From: Oligoflexia bacterium
Lineage (GTDB): Bacteria; Bdellovibrionota; UBA1018
Reading direction: 5' to 3'
Assembly: GCA_963758495.1 (NCBI GenBank)
Contig: CAVWVI010000004.1
Location: 256,001-320,000 of the forward strand
Length of the DNA: 64,000 nt
Positions 19,997 to 29,358 of this stretch are shown piece after piece. Below the pieces are notes generated by a model. That model did not search any database. It saw only the letters and a list, made by a program, of their open reading frames with translations, and was not told the origin of the DNA. The position numbers were made by a program, and so were the translations under genes. Position 1 is the stretch's first letter; the number at the start of each line of letters is the position of its first letter.

Positions 19997-20651
19997 AGAT
20001 CATCCTGAGAGTAGAGGTTGAAAAATAATGAGTGCATTGATCAGCAACGAGAGAAGGTGATAGATTCTCAAAAAAGGGGATCCGAGCTAACACAGGTACG
20101 CCACCTGAAAACTCCGTTAAAATAGAAGTAAGCCCGACATTTTCATCACCGATAAGTACAATACCTACAATTTCAATATTTGATTTTTTTGCCGCTTCGA
20201 TGGTCAATAAAGTATGATTGATCGTTCCCAGCCGGGTAGAAGATACAATTAATAGTTTTAAATGGAGGACCTGTATCAAATCACGGATGGTTTGTTTGGC
20301 ATTGAGCGGAACTAACAATCCACCCGCACCCTCTACCACCCAATTTCGGTGATCAAGACCTTTCCAAACTTTTACAATTCGATCCAGTTCAATTTGCGTA
20401 TTCTCTGCTTGTGCTGCCTGATAAGGCGCCGCTGGTAACGAAAGCTGATAGACAGGCTTTGGCCATTCGAAAGCAGGAATTCCAGATAAGTGTGAAACTG
20501 TCAGAGTATCCAAATCAGAACCTGTCTGAATTGGCTTAAAATACCCCGGCTGCAAATCAAAAGAACGAAGGGCAGATACCAGAAGACTACTGACCCCTGT
20601 CTTTCCAATTCCTGTATCTGTACCTGTAATAAAAAGACCTGATTTGTTCAT
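19983..20651 (-). CDS. bioD: Dethiobiotin synthase
   Basis: FITGTDTGIGKT; KPIQTG; VEGAGG; LGTINHTLL. Confidence 0.95.
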   Translation of the reverse strand: MNKSGLFITGTDTGIGKTGVSSLLVSALRSFDLQPGYFKPIQTGSDLDTLTVSHLSGIPAFEWPKPVYQLSLPAAPYQAAQAENTQIELDRIVKVWKGLDHRNWVVEGAGGLLVPLNAKQTIRDLIQVLHLKLLIVSSTRLGTINHTLLTIEAAKKSNIEIVGIVLIGDENVGLTSILTEFSGGVPVLARIPFFENLSPSLVADQCTHYFSTSTLRMIYGDK

Positions 20652-20686
20652 GAACTTTTTTCCAATGATCTAGTTATGCGCTTTAG

Positions 20687-21844
20687 CTAGGTTCTTATAC
20701 AATGTTCCATTGCAATCGCTAAATCTTCAATCTCCTGAGATGAATGACTCCAGTTCGTCGTAACTCTCAACCGCGCACTTCCCTCGGAAACTGTAGGAGG
20801 TCGAATAGCGCGAATATCATAACCGCCCCTTTGCAATCTCTGAGATAGCTCAAAAGTCCGGAGGTTGTCTCCAACTATGACTGGAATAATGGGTCCATTT
20901 ACATTGGGAATTAAATACTTCCCTTTTAGGAGGCAAGTTAACCTCTTCTGTAAATATTTGGAGTTTTCAAACACAGCCTCAGCTCTTTGAATTCCTACTT
21001 TTCTCCAATAAGAAAGAACTGTTTTCAACAAAATAGCCATAAAGGGTACAGGTGCAGTGGAAAATATAAAAGGCCGCGAAAAATTAACTAAGTAGTCTTT
21101 GAGAATTGCGTCGCCACATACCCACGCTCCGGCTGCTCCAAACGCTTTCCCAGCGGGATGAACTGTGGCGAATACTCTTGAGCTGAGATTCAAGGATTGA
21201 ATTAATCCTCCGCCTAAATTCTGTTTAAAATCTCCCCAAAGACCGGTAGCATGGGCTTCATCAACCACAAGCAGAGCAGAAAACTCCTCAGCCAAATCGG
21301 CAAGTTCTTGTAATGGAGCAATATCTCCGTCCATACTAAAAAGACTTTCAGTTACAATGACCTTCAGGGATTTTTCCTGAGCTGCAGATACTTTTAATAA
21401 ACCTCTGAGTGCCGATGTATTACCATGTGGATAGATGACTTTATGTGCACCACTTAATCGTACTCCATCAATAATCGATGCATGATTGAATTGATCTGAA
21501 AATACAATATCCTCTGGCCCTAAAAGTGCCGAGAGGAGTCCTATATTAGCCTGATACCCTGATGGAAAAATGAGTGCGGATTCACGGCCACAGAAATCAG
21601 CTAAATGCTCTTCGGCCTCCTCGAATACTTTTAATTGTCCTCTTAATAATCGTGATCCGGATGACCCCAGGGGAATTTCCTTTAACCACTCGGAGAGCAT
21701 TGACTTCAAATTTTCATCTTGGCTAAAGCCTAAATAATCATTTGAAGAAAAATCAACTCCGTTCCTAGACGATAAAATCCGTCGACAAGAAGCTTGATCG
21801 AGCTTTTCAAGACGACTTTTTAGTAGCCTAGAGGAATCGCTCAT
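20687..21844 (-). CDS. bioF: 8-amino-7-oxononanoate synthase
   Basis: DFSSNDYLG; GSSGSRLL; SGYQAN; NHASIIDG; FSMDGD; DEAHA; IRPPTV. ATGA overlap with the bioB stop. Confidence 0.95.
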   Translation of the reverse strand: MSDSSRLLKSRLEKLDQASCRRILSSRNGVDFSSNDYLGFSQDENLKSMLSEWLKEIPLGSSGSRLLRGQLKVFEEAEEHLADFCGRESALIFPSGYQANIGLLSALLGPEDIVFSDQFNHASIIDGVRLSGAHKVIYPHGNTSALRGLLKVSAAQEKSLKVIVTESLFSMDGDIAPLQELADLAEEFSALLVVDEAHATGLWGDFKQNLGGGLIQSLNLSSRVFATVHPAGKAFGAAGAWVCGDAILKDYLVNFSRPFIFSTAPVPFMAILLKTVLSYWRKVGIQRAEAVFENSKYLQKRLTCLLKGKYLIPNVNGPIIPVIVGDNLRTFELSQRLQRGGYDIRAIRPPTVSEGSARLRVTTNWSHSSQEIEDLAIAMEHCIRT

Positions 21845-22803
21845 TGCACCCATGAGTTTGCCAAATCGGACTCGAAGGAAGTGGCCTTCAAGCTCGAAAG
21901 CAAAACTTGATCCTCATCCATTGTAGGATTAGGCCGAGTCAAAAGCTTTTCCCCCAAAAAGATCGAGTTCGCTCCTGCAAAAAATGCAAGAATCTGAGCT
22001 TCTTTACTTAGGGAGAGCCGACCGGCAGACAAACGAACTCTCGATTTTGGCATCAAAATTCGAGCAACTGCTACTGTTCTCACCAACTCTACCGGATCAA
22101 CGGGTGTCGAATCTTGAAGAGGCGTGCCTTCTACAGGGATCAATAAATTAATTGGGACTGACTCAGGCTGAGGATCTAGGCTTGCCAACTCCGAAAGCAT
22201 GGCACAACGATCCTGAGGAGTCTCACCCATTCCGATAATTCCACCACTACAAATGGTGAGTCCGGCCTGGCGAACTGACTTGAGGGTATTGAGTCGATCA
22301 TCATAAGTGCGAGTCTGAATAATTTTCTCATAATACTCTCGGCTGGTATCCAAATTATGATTATAGGCATCTAATCCAGCTTCTTTAAGACGCTGAGCTT
22401 GTGAAGGATTTAACATGCCGAGGGTTACGCAAGCTTCAAGGTTTTCCGCTTTAATAATACGGACCATTTCCAAAACTCGGTCAAACTCAGGACCATCCTT
22501 CACATTTCTCCATGCAGCGCCCATACAAAACCGTTGAGCACCACCCGCTTTAGCTTCTTTAACCGCAGTTCGAACCTGCTCCAAACCCAGAAGACCTTCT
22601 TTTTCTAAGCCCGTATTGTAATGAGCAGACTGTGGACAATAGGAACAATTCTCTGGACATCCCCCTGTTTTAATCGACAGGAGAGTACACTTCTGAATGT
22701 CCGCAGGATCATGATTTGCACGATGAACACTGTGTGCTTCATAAAGAAGATCCATAAGGGGCTTGTGATATAAAACCTGGGCTTGAGCTAAGAAGTCGTT
22801 CAT
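21841..22803 (-). CDS. bioB: Biotin synthase
   Basis: SIKTGGCPENCSYCPQS radical-SAM motif; YNHNLDT; ESVPIN; AGANSIF. Confidence 0.97.
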   Translation of the reverse strand: MNDFLAQAQVLYHKPLMDLLYEAHSVHRANHDPADIQKCTLLSIKTGGCPENCSYCPQSAHYNTGLEKEGLLGLEQVRTAVKEAKAGGAQRFCMGAAWRNVKDGPEFDRVLEMVRIIKAENLEACVTLGMLNPSQAQRLKEAGLDAYNHNLDTSREYYEKIIQTRTYDDRLNTLKSVRQAGLTICSGGIIGMGETPQDRCAMLSELASLDPQPESVPINLLIPVEGTPLQDSTPVDPVELVRTVAVARILMPKSRVRLSAGRLSLSKEAQILAFFAGANSIFLGEKLLTRPNPTMDEDQVLLSSLKATSFESDLANSWVQ

Positions 22804-22940
22804 AAGGATACCTTTTTTTCGATTAGCCCCATAAATGCCAGGAGTTCACAGAGAATGCAACCGTTCTTGACCTGATAGATAACACCCTGTGCCACATTTT
22901 AAGATACAAAAACCGGATCAAAACTGTTAAGCATACCCTC

Positions 22941-23342
22941 ATGGGCGGCACTAATCCTTATATGAAATCTACTGAGGTCAAACGACCTCAGCAAAAGTTT
23001 ACAATTACTTATCTCCCTGAAGGCAAAACCATTGAAGTAGACCCTCAGGATATGCCTTCAAGTGCCACTGGCTTGCCAGGCAGCGTTTTAGATATCGCAT
23101 TGGCCTCTGGAATTGATATCGATCACGCCTGTGGAGGCGTCTGTGCTTGTTCTACTTGCCATATCGTCGTTCAAAAAGGCCTCGAGTCTTGTAATGAAAG
23201 CACGGAAGAAGAAGAAGATCAGCTTGAAAAAGCGCCTGGCTTGACACCCCAATCACGCCTCTCCTGCCAGTGCGTGCCGGATGGAACCCATGATTTAGTG
23301 GTTTTAGTTCCGAATTGGAATCGCAATTTAGTCCGAGAATAA
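22941..23342 (+). CDS. fdx: 2Fe-2S ferredoxin, ISC/adrenodoxin type
   Basis: HACGGVCACSTCH...SRLSCQ. Confidence 0.88.
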   Translation: MGGTNPYMKSTEVKRPQQKFTITYLPEGKTIEVDPQDMPSSATGLPGSVLDIALASGIDIDHACGGVCACSTCHIVVQKGLESCNESTEEEEDQLEKAPGLTPQSRLSCQCVPDGTHDLVVLVPNWNRNLVRE

Positions 23343-23387
23343 TGCATCTTATTGATCTATAAAATTTTGAAGGCTTTTGGATGAGTT

Positions 23388-24095
23388 ATGTATTTTAGAA
23401 TTCTTTACCAAGATCCATACCTAGTCGCCATTGAAAAACCTGCTGGATACCACGTTCACCCACCAGAAGATTCAACTCATCGAATTTCCCCTCTCACAAA
23501 TTGCCTTCACCTTCTAGGAAAGCAGCTCAATACCTATCTCTATCCGGTTCATCGTCTAGACCGTGCCACTTCGGGAGTTCTTCTCTTTGCGCTCCAGAGC
23601 GAAACGGCTCGGGAACTTTGTCAATTATTTCAGAATCAAAAAATAAAAAAAACTTACATCACTGTAGTCAGGGGTTGGACACCTGAAGCAGCTACAATTG
23701 AACATCCCCTTCGGTCAGAAAATGATCCTGACCAAAGACTTGAATCGGTCACGGCTTATGAAAGAATTGCAAAAATGGAAATCCCATTTCCCAACGGACG
23801 CTTTTCTTCTTCACGTTATTCTCTCCTTCATATAGAGCCTCACACAGGAAGAAGACATCAAATTAGGCGGCACTGTCAACACATCTCCCATCCACTCATT
23901 GGAGATACGATTTACGGAAATGGAGAACACAATCGTCTTTTTCGTGAAAAACTAGAAATCAATGGCCTCCTCTTAAAAGCTTATTCTGTAGAAATGATTC
24001 ATCCTCAAACGGGAACGCCACTGAGAATAACCTCACGCTGGAATGGCATGTGGCATCAGTTATTTGATCTTTTTGGAGTTTGTCCCTATGTCTAA
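23388..24095 (+). CDS. truC: RluA-family pseudouridine synthase, TruC-like
   Basis: KPAG..VH; VHRLDRATSG; TGRRHQIRRH; HPLIGD..YG.GEHNR.FR. Confidence 0.8.
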   Translation: MYFRILYQDPYLVAIEKPAGYHVHPPEDSTHRISPLTNCLHLLGKQLNTYLYPVHRLDRATSGVLLFALQSETARELCQLFQNQKIKKTYITVVRGWTPEAATIEHPLRSENDPDQRLESVTAYERIAKMEIPFPNGRFSSSRYSLLHIEPHTGRRHQIRRHCQHISHPLIGDTIYGNGEHNRLFREKLEINGLLLKAYSVEMIHPQTGTPLRITSRWNGMWHQLFDLFGVCPYV

Positions 24096-24146
24096 GGTAA
24101 GTAGTTCCTTTAGGGTTGTTGACAAGCACTGCAAGGAGTTTTAAAA

Positions 24147-24845
24147 ATGGCGTTAAAAAAACAATCTCTTGTGGTTCACTCTGGCGGAATGGATTCAAGT
24201 CTCTGTTTAGCGCAAGCTATCCATGAATTCGGCAAGGAAAATGTATTGAGCGTTTCTTTCTCTTACGGACAAAGGCACTCAGTTGAATTGGAACGCGCAG
24301 CATTGATCTGTAAAGTATGGAACGTTGATCATACAGTATTAGATATTACCTGTCTCAATCAGATTACCGAAAACTCACTCACCCACCATTCTCTTCCCAT
24401 TATTACCAAACAGGGTGAAGCTCCAAATAGTTTAGTGGTTGGACGTAACGGCTTAATGGCTCGAATTGCAGCCATTCATGCTCATCATCTAGGAGCCCAT
24501 TCGATCTATATGGGAATTATTGAAGTCGAATCTGCCAACTCAGGCTACCGAGATTGCTCACGAGACTATATGAATAAAATGGAAGAAATCCTCAGAATAG
24601 ATTTGGATGACCCTTCTTTTGAAATTAGAACTTCCCTCGTAAAAATGACCAAACGTGAAACCATGGAATTCGGTTTTCAACAGGGCGTATTGAAACTCTT
24701 ATTAGAAACTACCATTACCTGTTACAACGGTTTAGAGAAAATCGGCTGTAAACAGTGCCCTGCTTGTAAATTGAGAAATGAAGGGATACTGCAGTTTTTA
24801 GGCGACCACCCTGATTTCGAATTTTCATATCGAGATGAGTTCTAA
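24147..24845 (+). CDS. queC: 7-cyano-7-deazaguanine synthase
   Basis: SGGMDS; YGQRH..E; GRN; GYRDC; TCYNG....CKQCPAC.LR. Confidence 0.93.
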   Translation: MALKKQSLVVHSGGMDSSLCLAQAIHEFGKENVLSVSFSYGQRHSVELERAALICKVWNVDHTVLDITCLNQITENSLTHHSLPIITKQGEAPNSLVVGRNGLMARIAAIHAHHLGAHSIYMGIIEVESANSGYRDCSRDYMNKMEEILRIDLDDPSFEIRTSLVKMTKRETMEFGFQQGVLKLLLETTITCYNGLEKIGCKQCPACKLRNEGILQFLGDHPDFEFSYRDEF

Positions 24846-24850
24846 AACCA

Positions 24851-26368
24851 TCACGAGAGGGGGTCACGATCGGGGAGAGCTGCAGGCAAGGTAAACCAGA
24901 AAGTGCTGCCCGCCCCGAACCGACTTTCAACACCGATTTGTCCGCCATGCGCCTCGACGATGGCCTTGGAAATACTCAGGCCGAGGCCGGCCGAACCCTT
25001 ACCTTTCCGGCCAGTTTTAGTATAGCGCTCGAAAATGTGTGGCAAATACTCTGGCAAAATGCCTGGACCCGTATCGGTGATCCAGAATCGAATCATGTCT
25101 TCACATCCCTCCACGGATACTGTGATACAGCCCTCGCTAGGGGTAAAACGAATCGCATTCCCCAGTAAATTGAAAAAGACCTGAAGGATTCGATCGTGAT
25201 CACCGAGGGCACGGAGCCTCTGACCTCCGGCTGTCTTGAAATCGAGGCGAATCGACTTTTGCTCGGCTATAGGGCGCATCGTGCTTGATACGGCATCGAA
25301 CAATGACACGATGTCCTCAGGTCTTTTATCAAGACGAAAACTGCCTGCCTCGAAACTTGCCAAGTCCAGAAGATCACGGACCAGGCGTTCCATACGATCT
25401 ATTGAGCCAGAAAGGAGTTCGACCAGCTTCTGCAGCATGCTATCTTTTTCAACCATCTTCGCCAGGGCGGAAACACTGAGCTTGGCTGCCCCAAGAGGAT
25501 TCTTAAGATCATGCGAAACGACCGCAAGCACGTGCTCACGCCCCTTCACGGCCTGCTCCAGCTCAGTAAGCAGTCGGATGCGCTCCTGCTCTCTTTGCTT
25601 CTTTTCAGTGATGTCTTCAGAAATCCCCAGAAGAAACTCAGGATTGCCCTGATGATCGAGAATTGGGATCTTTTTGGTGTGAAGAATACGGGTGCTCCCG
25701 AAACGCGTCTGGAGCGATTCTTCAGGGATATCCAATAGCTTCCCCGATGAGAGAACTTCGCGATCCATTTTTTGGAAGAAATCAGCTTCGGCCTTAGGAA
25801 AGAAGTCATAGTCTGTCTTCCCGATCATTTCCTCCCGCGACCACTCTGTCATTTTTTCAATCGCACGGTTGAAGAGAACGAATCGCAAACTGTTTGCGTC
25901 TTTAACGAAAATCGGGTCGGGAAGATTTTCGACAATAGAGTCAACCAGACGCTCTGTTGTTGCCAACTGAGCCCGCTCCACCTCCGCGTATTTGAGGGCC
26001 GAGCGAAAAGAAGCACTCAAAAAAACGATGGGTAGCCCCACTCCGTCGAAGAGCACCCAGGGAGCCATGCTGCCTGTCTTAAACAGATAAAAACCGGAAG
26101 CGGTGGCAAGAAACAAACTGAAAACACCAGGTCCAAATCCAGCCAGGAGAGCACTGAGGACCCCTGCTGCCAAGAGGATCGTCTGAGTCGAATTTCCGCT
26201 CCAAGATTTGAGCAACCAGGAGAATTCTAGGGCTAGTGCGGTGATCGACACAACAGCGCCATATCGGACAAAAAAAGATAAGTCAATCCGTCGGACCCAC
26301 TGAGATAGAAACATATTTACGCGGTCAATCGTGCATACCCTGTTCCTTAACTCTACCAGCCATAACAT
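24851..26368 (-). CDS. Membrane PAS sensor histidine kinase
   Basis: N-terminal TM helices; PAS/PAC; SHDLKNPL; NLLGNAIRF; DTGPGI; GLGLSI. Exact start uncertain. Confidence 0.88.
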   Translation of the reverse strand: MLWLVELRNRVCTIDRVNMFLSQWVRRIDLSFFVRYGAVVSITALALEFSWLLKSWSGNSTQTILLAAGVLSALLAGFGPGVFSLFLATASGFYLFKTGSMAPWVLFDGVGLPIVFLSASFRSALKYAEVERAQLATTERLVDSIVENLPDPIFVKDANSLRFVLFNRAIEKMTEWSREEMIGKTDYDFFPKAEADFFQKMDREVLSSGKLLDIPEESLQTRFGSTRILHTKKIPILDHQGNPEFLLGISEDITEKKQREQERIRLLTELEQAVKGREHVLAVVSHDLKNPLGAAKLSVSALAKMVEKDSMLQKLVELLSGSIDRMERLVRDLLDLASFEAGSFRLDKRPEDIVSLFDAVSSTMRPIAEQKSIRLDFKTAGGQRLRALGDHDRILQVFFNLLGNAIRFTPSEGCITVSVEGCEDMIRFWITDTGPGILPEYLPHIFERYTKTGRKGKGSAGLGLSISKAIVEAHGGQIGVESRFGAGSTFWFTLPAALPDRDPLS

Positions 26369-26563
26369 AGGACTAACCTAAGCTTTTATCGTCACCGCAA
26401 GTAGCGGTGACTTAAGACAACTTTCACCCATTTCTATTTCTATTTCTATTTCCTTTAGAAATTTAAGCTCCAATTATGGTATTAATCATTTACTGTGCTG
26501 AACAGTAAATGAAACGCCTAAGAAACGACCTGAACTACATGCAACGAGAAGAACCGAATTTTT

Positions 26564-26586
26564 TTGGTGGTTCCGGAAAGAATCGA
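26564..26586 (-). repeat. Degenerate copy of the tRNA-Leu 3' end (att-like scar, outermost)
   Basis: TTGGTGGTTCCGGAAAGAATCGA vs TTGGTGGCTCCGGAGAGAATCGA at 31686-31708: 21/23 identical, same orientation. Confidence 0.75.
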
Positions 26587-26646
26587 GGAATTTTCCAAAC
26601 TGTTTCCAAATTTTGAAGTTCTAAAAATCTCATTTTGGAACAGCGA

Positions 26647-27024
26647 CTAAATATGAAATATTTCTGAGTCAGAAAGCACGCTCATTAATTTTTTGTCGAG
26701 CGTCCAAATCTTGAAACCGGCTCTTCTCGCCGCTGAAACTATCGCTAAATCAATCAGCCCTACACCATTCGAGTGCCACTTTCCACGCGACGACAGTAGA
26801 CCAGCCTCGATCCAAGTTCCTTTGTGGTCTATTTTAGGCAAATTACCCCAATACTCTGAAATGACCTGAATCTCCCTTTGCGTACGAACACCTTGCAATA
26901 GCTCTCCAAAAATACACTCCAGGGCAAAAACCTTCCCATCCTCAATGAGTGGTCCCATGAAATCGCGATAACTTATCTTTCCACGAAAAAACTCAATCCA
27001 TACAGATGTATCTGAAATAATCAT
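26647..27024 (-). CDS. vapC: PIN-domain toxin VapC
   Basis: IISDTSVWIEFF; GELLQG; LIDLAI; IWTLDK acidic PIN residues. Confidence 0.88.
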   Translation of the reverse strand: MIISDTSVWIEFFRGKISYRDFMGPLIEDGKVFALECIFGELLQGVRTQREIQVISEYWGNLPKIDHKGTWIEAGLLSSRGKWHSNGVGLIDLAIVSAARRAGFKIWTLDKKLMSVLSDSEIFHI

Positions 27025-27236
27025 TTTTTTCGATTTACCCTGCGAACTCGTGCGGCACTATAACCTGACTCAAATTTCAGAGGGGATTTTCTCAGTTCTT
27101 GATTCAGACTTTTAAGGTGCTTGGATGCTATCCATTCCTGCATCACAATAATTAGAGACTCTGTAATATTTTTTCCTTTAGACAAAATCTTAATTTCCGA
27201 AATCAGGTCGTCAGGAATGAGCGCTGTAACTTTCAT
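27021..27236 (-). CDS. vapB: VapB-like antitoxin (RHH type)
   Basis: MKVTALIPDDLISEI...NITESL; ATGA overlap with vapC; start placed at ATG 27236. Confidence 0.78.
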   Translation of the reverse strand: MKVTALIPDDLISEIKILSKGKNITESLIIVMQEWIASKHLKSLNQELRKSPLKFESGYSAARVRRVNRKK

Positions 27237-27243
27237 ACGATAG

Positions 27244-27271
27244 ATTATACGATATTTTATCGTATTAACAA
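27244..27271 (-). promoter_or_regulatory. vapBC promoter and palindromic operator
   Basis: Minus strand reads TTGTTA-16 nt-TATAAT-7 nt-ATG. Inverted repeat ATACGATA-ttt-TATCGTAT at 27247-27265, with a third half-site at 27235-27242. Confidence 0.65.
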
Positions 27272-27464
27272 GGCCCATTTTTTAGAACTCGGATTCCCCG
27301 AGAAAAACTGAAACGACTGATTGAAATTTATTCAAGCATGCCCTAACATAATTCAAAACCTTCTATTCCGTTCGTGATAGAAATAGAATATCGGGTTTTC
27401 TTAATTTTACAACTCAACTCCCAAAATTAAATCGTTAAGGTAGGGAGATTTAAAAAAGGCTTAT

Positions 27465-28739
27465 ATGAATAAAAAAAAATTCCACTTAGCAGTCCTGTCC
27501 TCTACAATTATTTCTGTGAGTCTACTTTCGGGTGGTTGCAGCTCCTCAAACACGACCGCCAGCGGGACGACCACCACCATCCCCCTGATTACACCTCTAA
27601 TCGAAAAGGCAATTCCTACGGGATTAGGGGGAAAGGAGACCGCTGCATTTGAGAGCAGAATTCAGCGGAGTTCTCCTGTCAGTATCCTTACACTGAATTC
27701 GAGTGACATTCAGACCCGGTTTTTTTCCTCTGGCCCAACTGACATCTTTCAGTTACTCACGGTCGTAGATGGCTTAATCTCCAACGTGAATACTGCCATG
27801 AGTGGTTCGAGCGCAGGAGCCTGCGGTACCCTCACCGCAATAACAACTTCCAATTTCTCTATCTACCCGCCCGAGGCCCCAACGGCGGGAATAGCTTTTT
27901 ACGGACAATGCTACTTAACTCAAGGAACCGGCTTCATTACTTATGGAACGGATGGAACAAAAGTATATATCTATAGCTTTGGTTTAGTTGAGTCAGCGGC
28001 GGCAATCATCACGCCACTCGACTCAAATAGCAACCCACTTAAAGTCTCTGCTCTTGCGTCGGCATCCTATTATAATATTGAGGCATGGCTAACCGTTGGC
28101 TATAATAACACTCCTTGGGACTCTGGTTCTCATGGAGTGGTGCATCTCCTCGCATCGAACACTCCGGCATCAACTGCCACATCTACCACTTCTCCTAAAT
28201 TTGAACTCACCGCTGCAGGCGTTGGGTTTGGCTACTGTGGCATTCAACTCAAGTCCGACGGCACCAACGTCTACGCCAATGGTTCGACGGATATGGGGCA
28301 AACTTGCGCAGCCCTTGATACGCTTTGCGTAAGCGCTGCTAACTTTACTACAGCGGGGACATGCACGGGTTCCATGTCATACAATATTGCTACCTCTACA
28401 AATCCCGCAACTTCTACTGTCACCCAATTTAATCTGATTCCATATGGCCGCGAGGGTGGCGCGTATGAGAGCCCAAGCCAGACAAACACTTATAATCAAG
28501 GTTACACTTTTGGAGCGAGCACATACCCCGGCGGCACTACTTATTCCAATAATGTCATAGGCACAGCTGGATTAGGCACCTGTTCCACATCAGGGGATTG
28601 CACAAATGGAAGCGCTCTGCCTACCGGAATTACCTGGGTCAACCCTATCGGCACCGGCGACTCCCTTTACACTTTCGGACCCCTTACCGTCAGTAGTCTT
28701 CCAACTACTATTTCGGCACTCACAGCTACTTCTCATTAA
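27465..28739 (+). CDS. Ser/Thr/Gly-rich lipoprotein of unknown function
   Basis: Basic N-terminus, hydrophobic stretch, lipobox-like LSGGC; several Cys; no recognisable catalytic motif. Confidence 0.7.
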   Translation: MNKKKFHLAVLSSTIISVSLLSGGCSSSNTTASGTTTTIPLITPLIEKAIPTGLGGKETAAFESRIQRSSPVSILTLNSSDIQTRFFSSGPTDIFQLLTVVDGLISNVNTAMSGSSAGACGTLTAITTSNFSIYPPEAPTAGIAFYGQCYLTQGTGFITYGTDGTKVYIYSFGLVESAAAIITPLDSNSNPLKVSALASASYYNIEAWLTVGYNNTPWDSGSHGVVHLLASNTPASTATSTTSPKFELTAAGVGFGYCGIQLKSDGTNVYANGSTDMGQTCAALDTLCVSAANFTTAGTCTGSMSYNIATSTNPATSTVTQFNLIPYGREGGAYESPSQTNTYNQGYTFGASTYPGGTTYSNNVIGTAGLGTCSTSGDCTNGSALPTGITWVNPIGTGDSLYTFGPLTVSSLPTTISALTATSH

Positions 28740-28758
28740 CTCACAAGACTTTCAAATC

Positions 28759-28798
28759 CGCAAAAAGAGGCCTCACGAAAGTCAGGCCTCTTTTTGCG
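28759..28798. terminator. Bidirectional intrinsic terminator hairpin, homologous to the tRNA-Leu terminator
   Basis: CGCAAAAAGAGGCCTCAC-GAAA-GTCAGGCCTCTTTTTGCG. Confidence 0.8.
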
Positions 28799-28820
28799 TG
28801 GGTGGCTTCGGAGGAGTCGA
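28781..28820 (-). repeat. Degenerate copy of tRNA-Leu 3' end plus terminator arm (att-like scar, middle)
   Basis: GTCAGGCCTCTTTTTGCGTGGGTGGCTTCGGAG-GAGTCGA vs GTCAGGCCTCTTTTTGCGTTGGTGGCTCCGGAGAGAATCGA at 31668-31708. Confidence 0.8.
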
Positions 28821-28908
28821 GCCGGATGCGATACCAAAACCCTGATCGTTCTCTTCCTATCCGAACCCCTATACCGAATTCTAATAAGTATGATATGCTG
28901 CATTAATA

Positions 28909-29358
28909 ATGACCAATAACGACGTCCTCCGAAGCATTCGATATATCCTCAACATAAATGAAACAATGCTCATTGAAATCATCAGCCTAGCTGACTTCAA
29001 AGTAAGTAAAGATGACATCATTGCCTTTCTCAAACAAGAAGACGAAGAAGGCTACAAAACTTGCGGGAATAAGGTGTTGGCCCATTTCCTAGACGGGTTG
29101 ATTATCTTTAAACGAGGGAAGAATGAAAGCCAGGCACCTCAACCCATTGAATTATCAATGACAAATAATATTATTCTGAAGAAACTGCGTGTCGCTTTTG
29201 AACTCAAAGACAGCGACATCATCAATTTGATAGAAAAATCGGGGCTTAAAGTGTCAAAAACAGAATTGAGCGCTTTTTTTCGTAAAGAAGATCATAGAAA
29301 TTACCGCGACTGTGGAAATCAATTCCTTAGAAACCTATTAAGAGGCATGGCTAAATGA
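28909..29358 (+). CDS. DUF1456 (YehS-like) protein
   Basis: MTNNDVLRSIRY; FLDGLI..KRG; NNIILKKLRVAF; ELSAFFR..DHRNYR.CG.QFLRN. Confidence 0.88.
   Translation: MTNNDVLRSIRYILNINETMLIEIISLADFKVSKDDIIAFLKQEDEEGYKTCGNKVLAHFLDGLIIFKRGKNESQAPQPIELSMTNNIILKKLRVAFELKDSDIINLIEKSGLKVSKTELSAFFRKEDHRNYRDCGNQFLRNLLRGMAK

Noticed and set aside
22875..22900. TGGCAC on the minus strand upstream of bioB as a sigma-54 promoter
   Set aside because: No GC at the -12 position; TGGCGC hits near 16141 and 50770 fail the same test.
26391..26452. Hairpin GTCACCGC-N5-GCGGTGAC and an (ATTTCT)x3-4 tract
   Set aside because: Real but short and single; no function can be supported.
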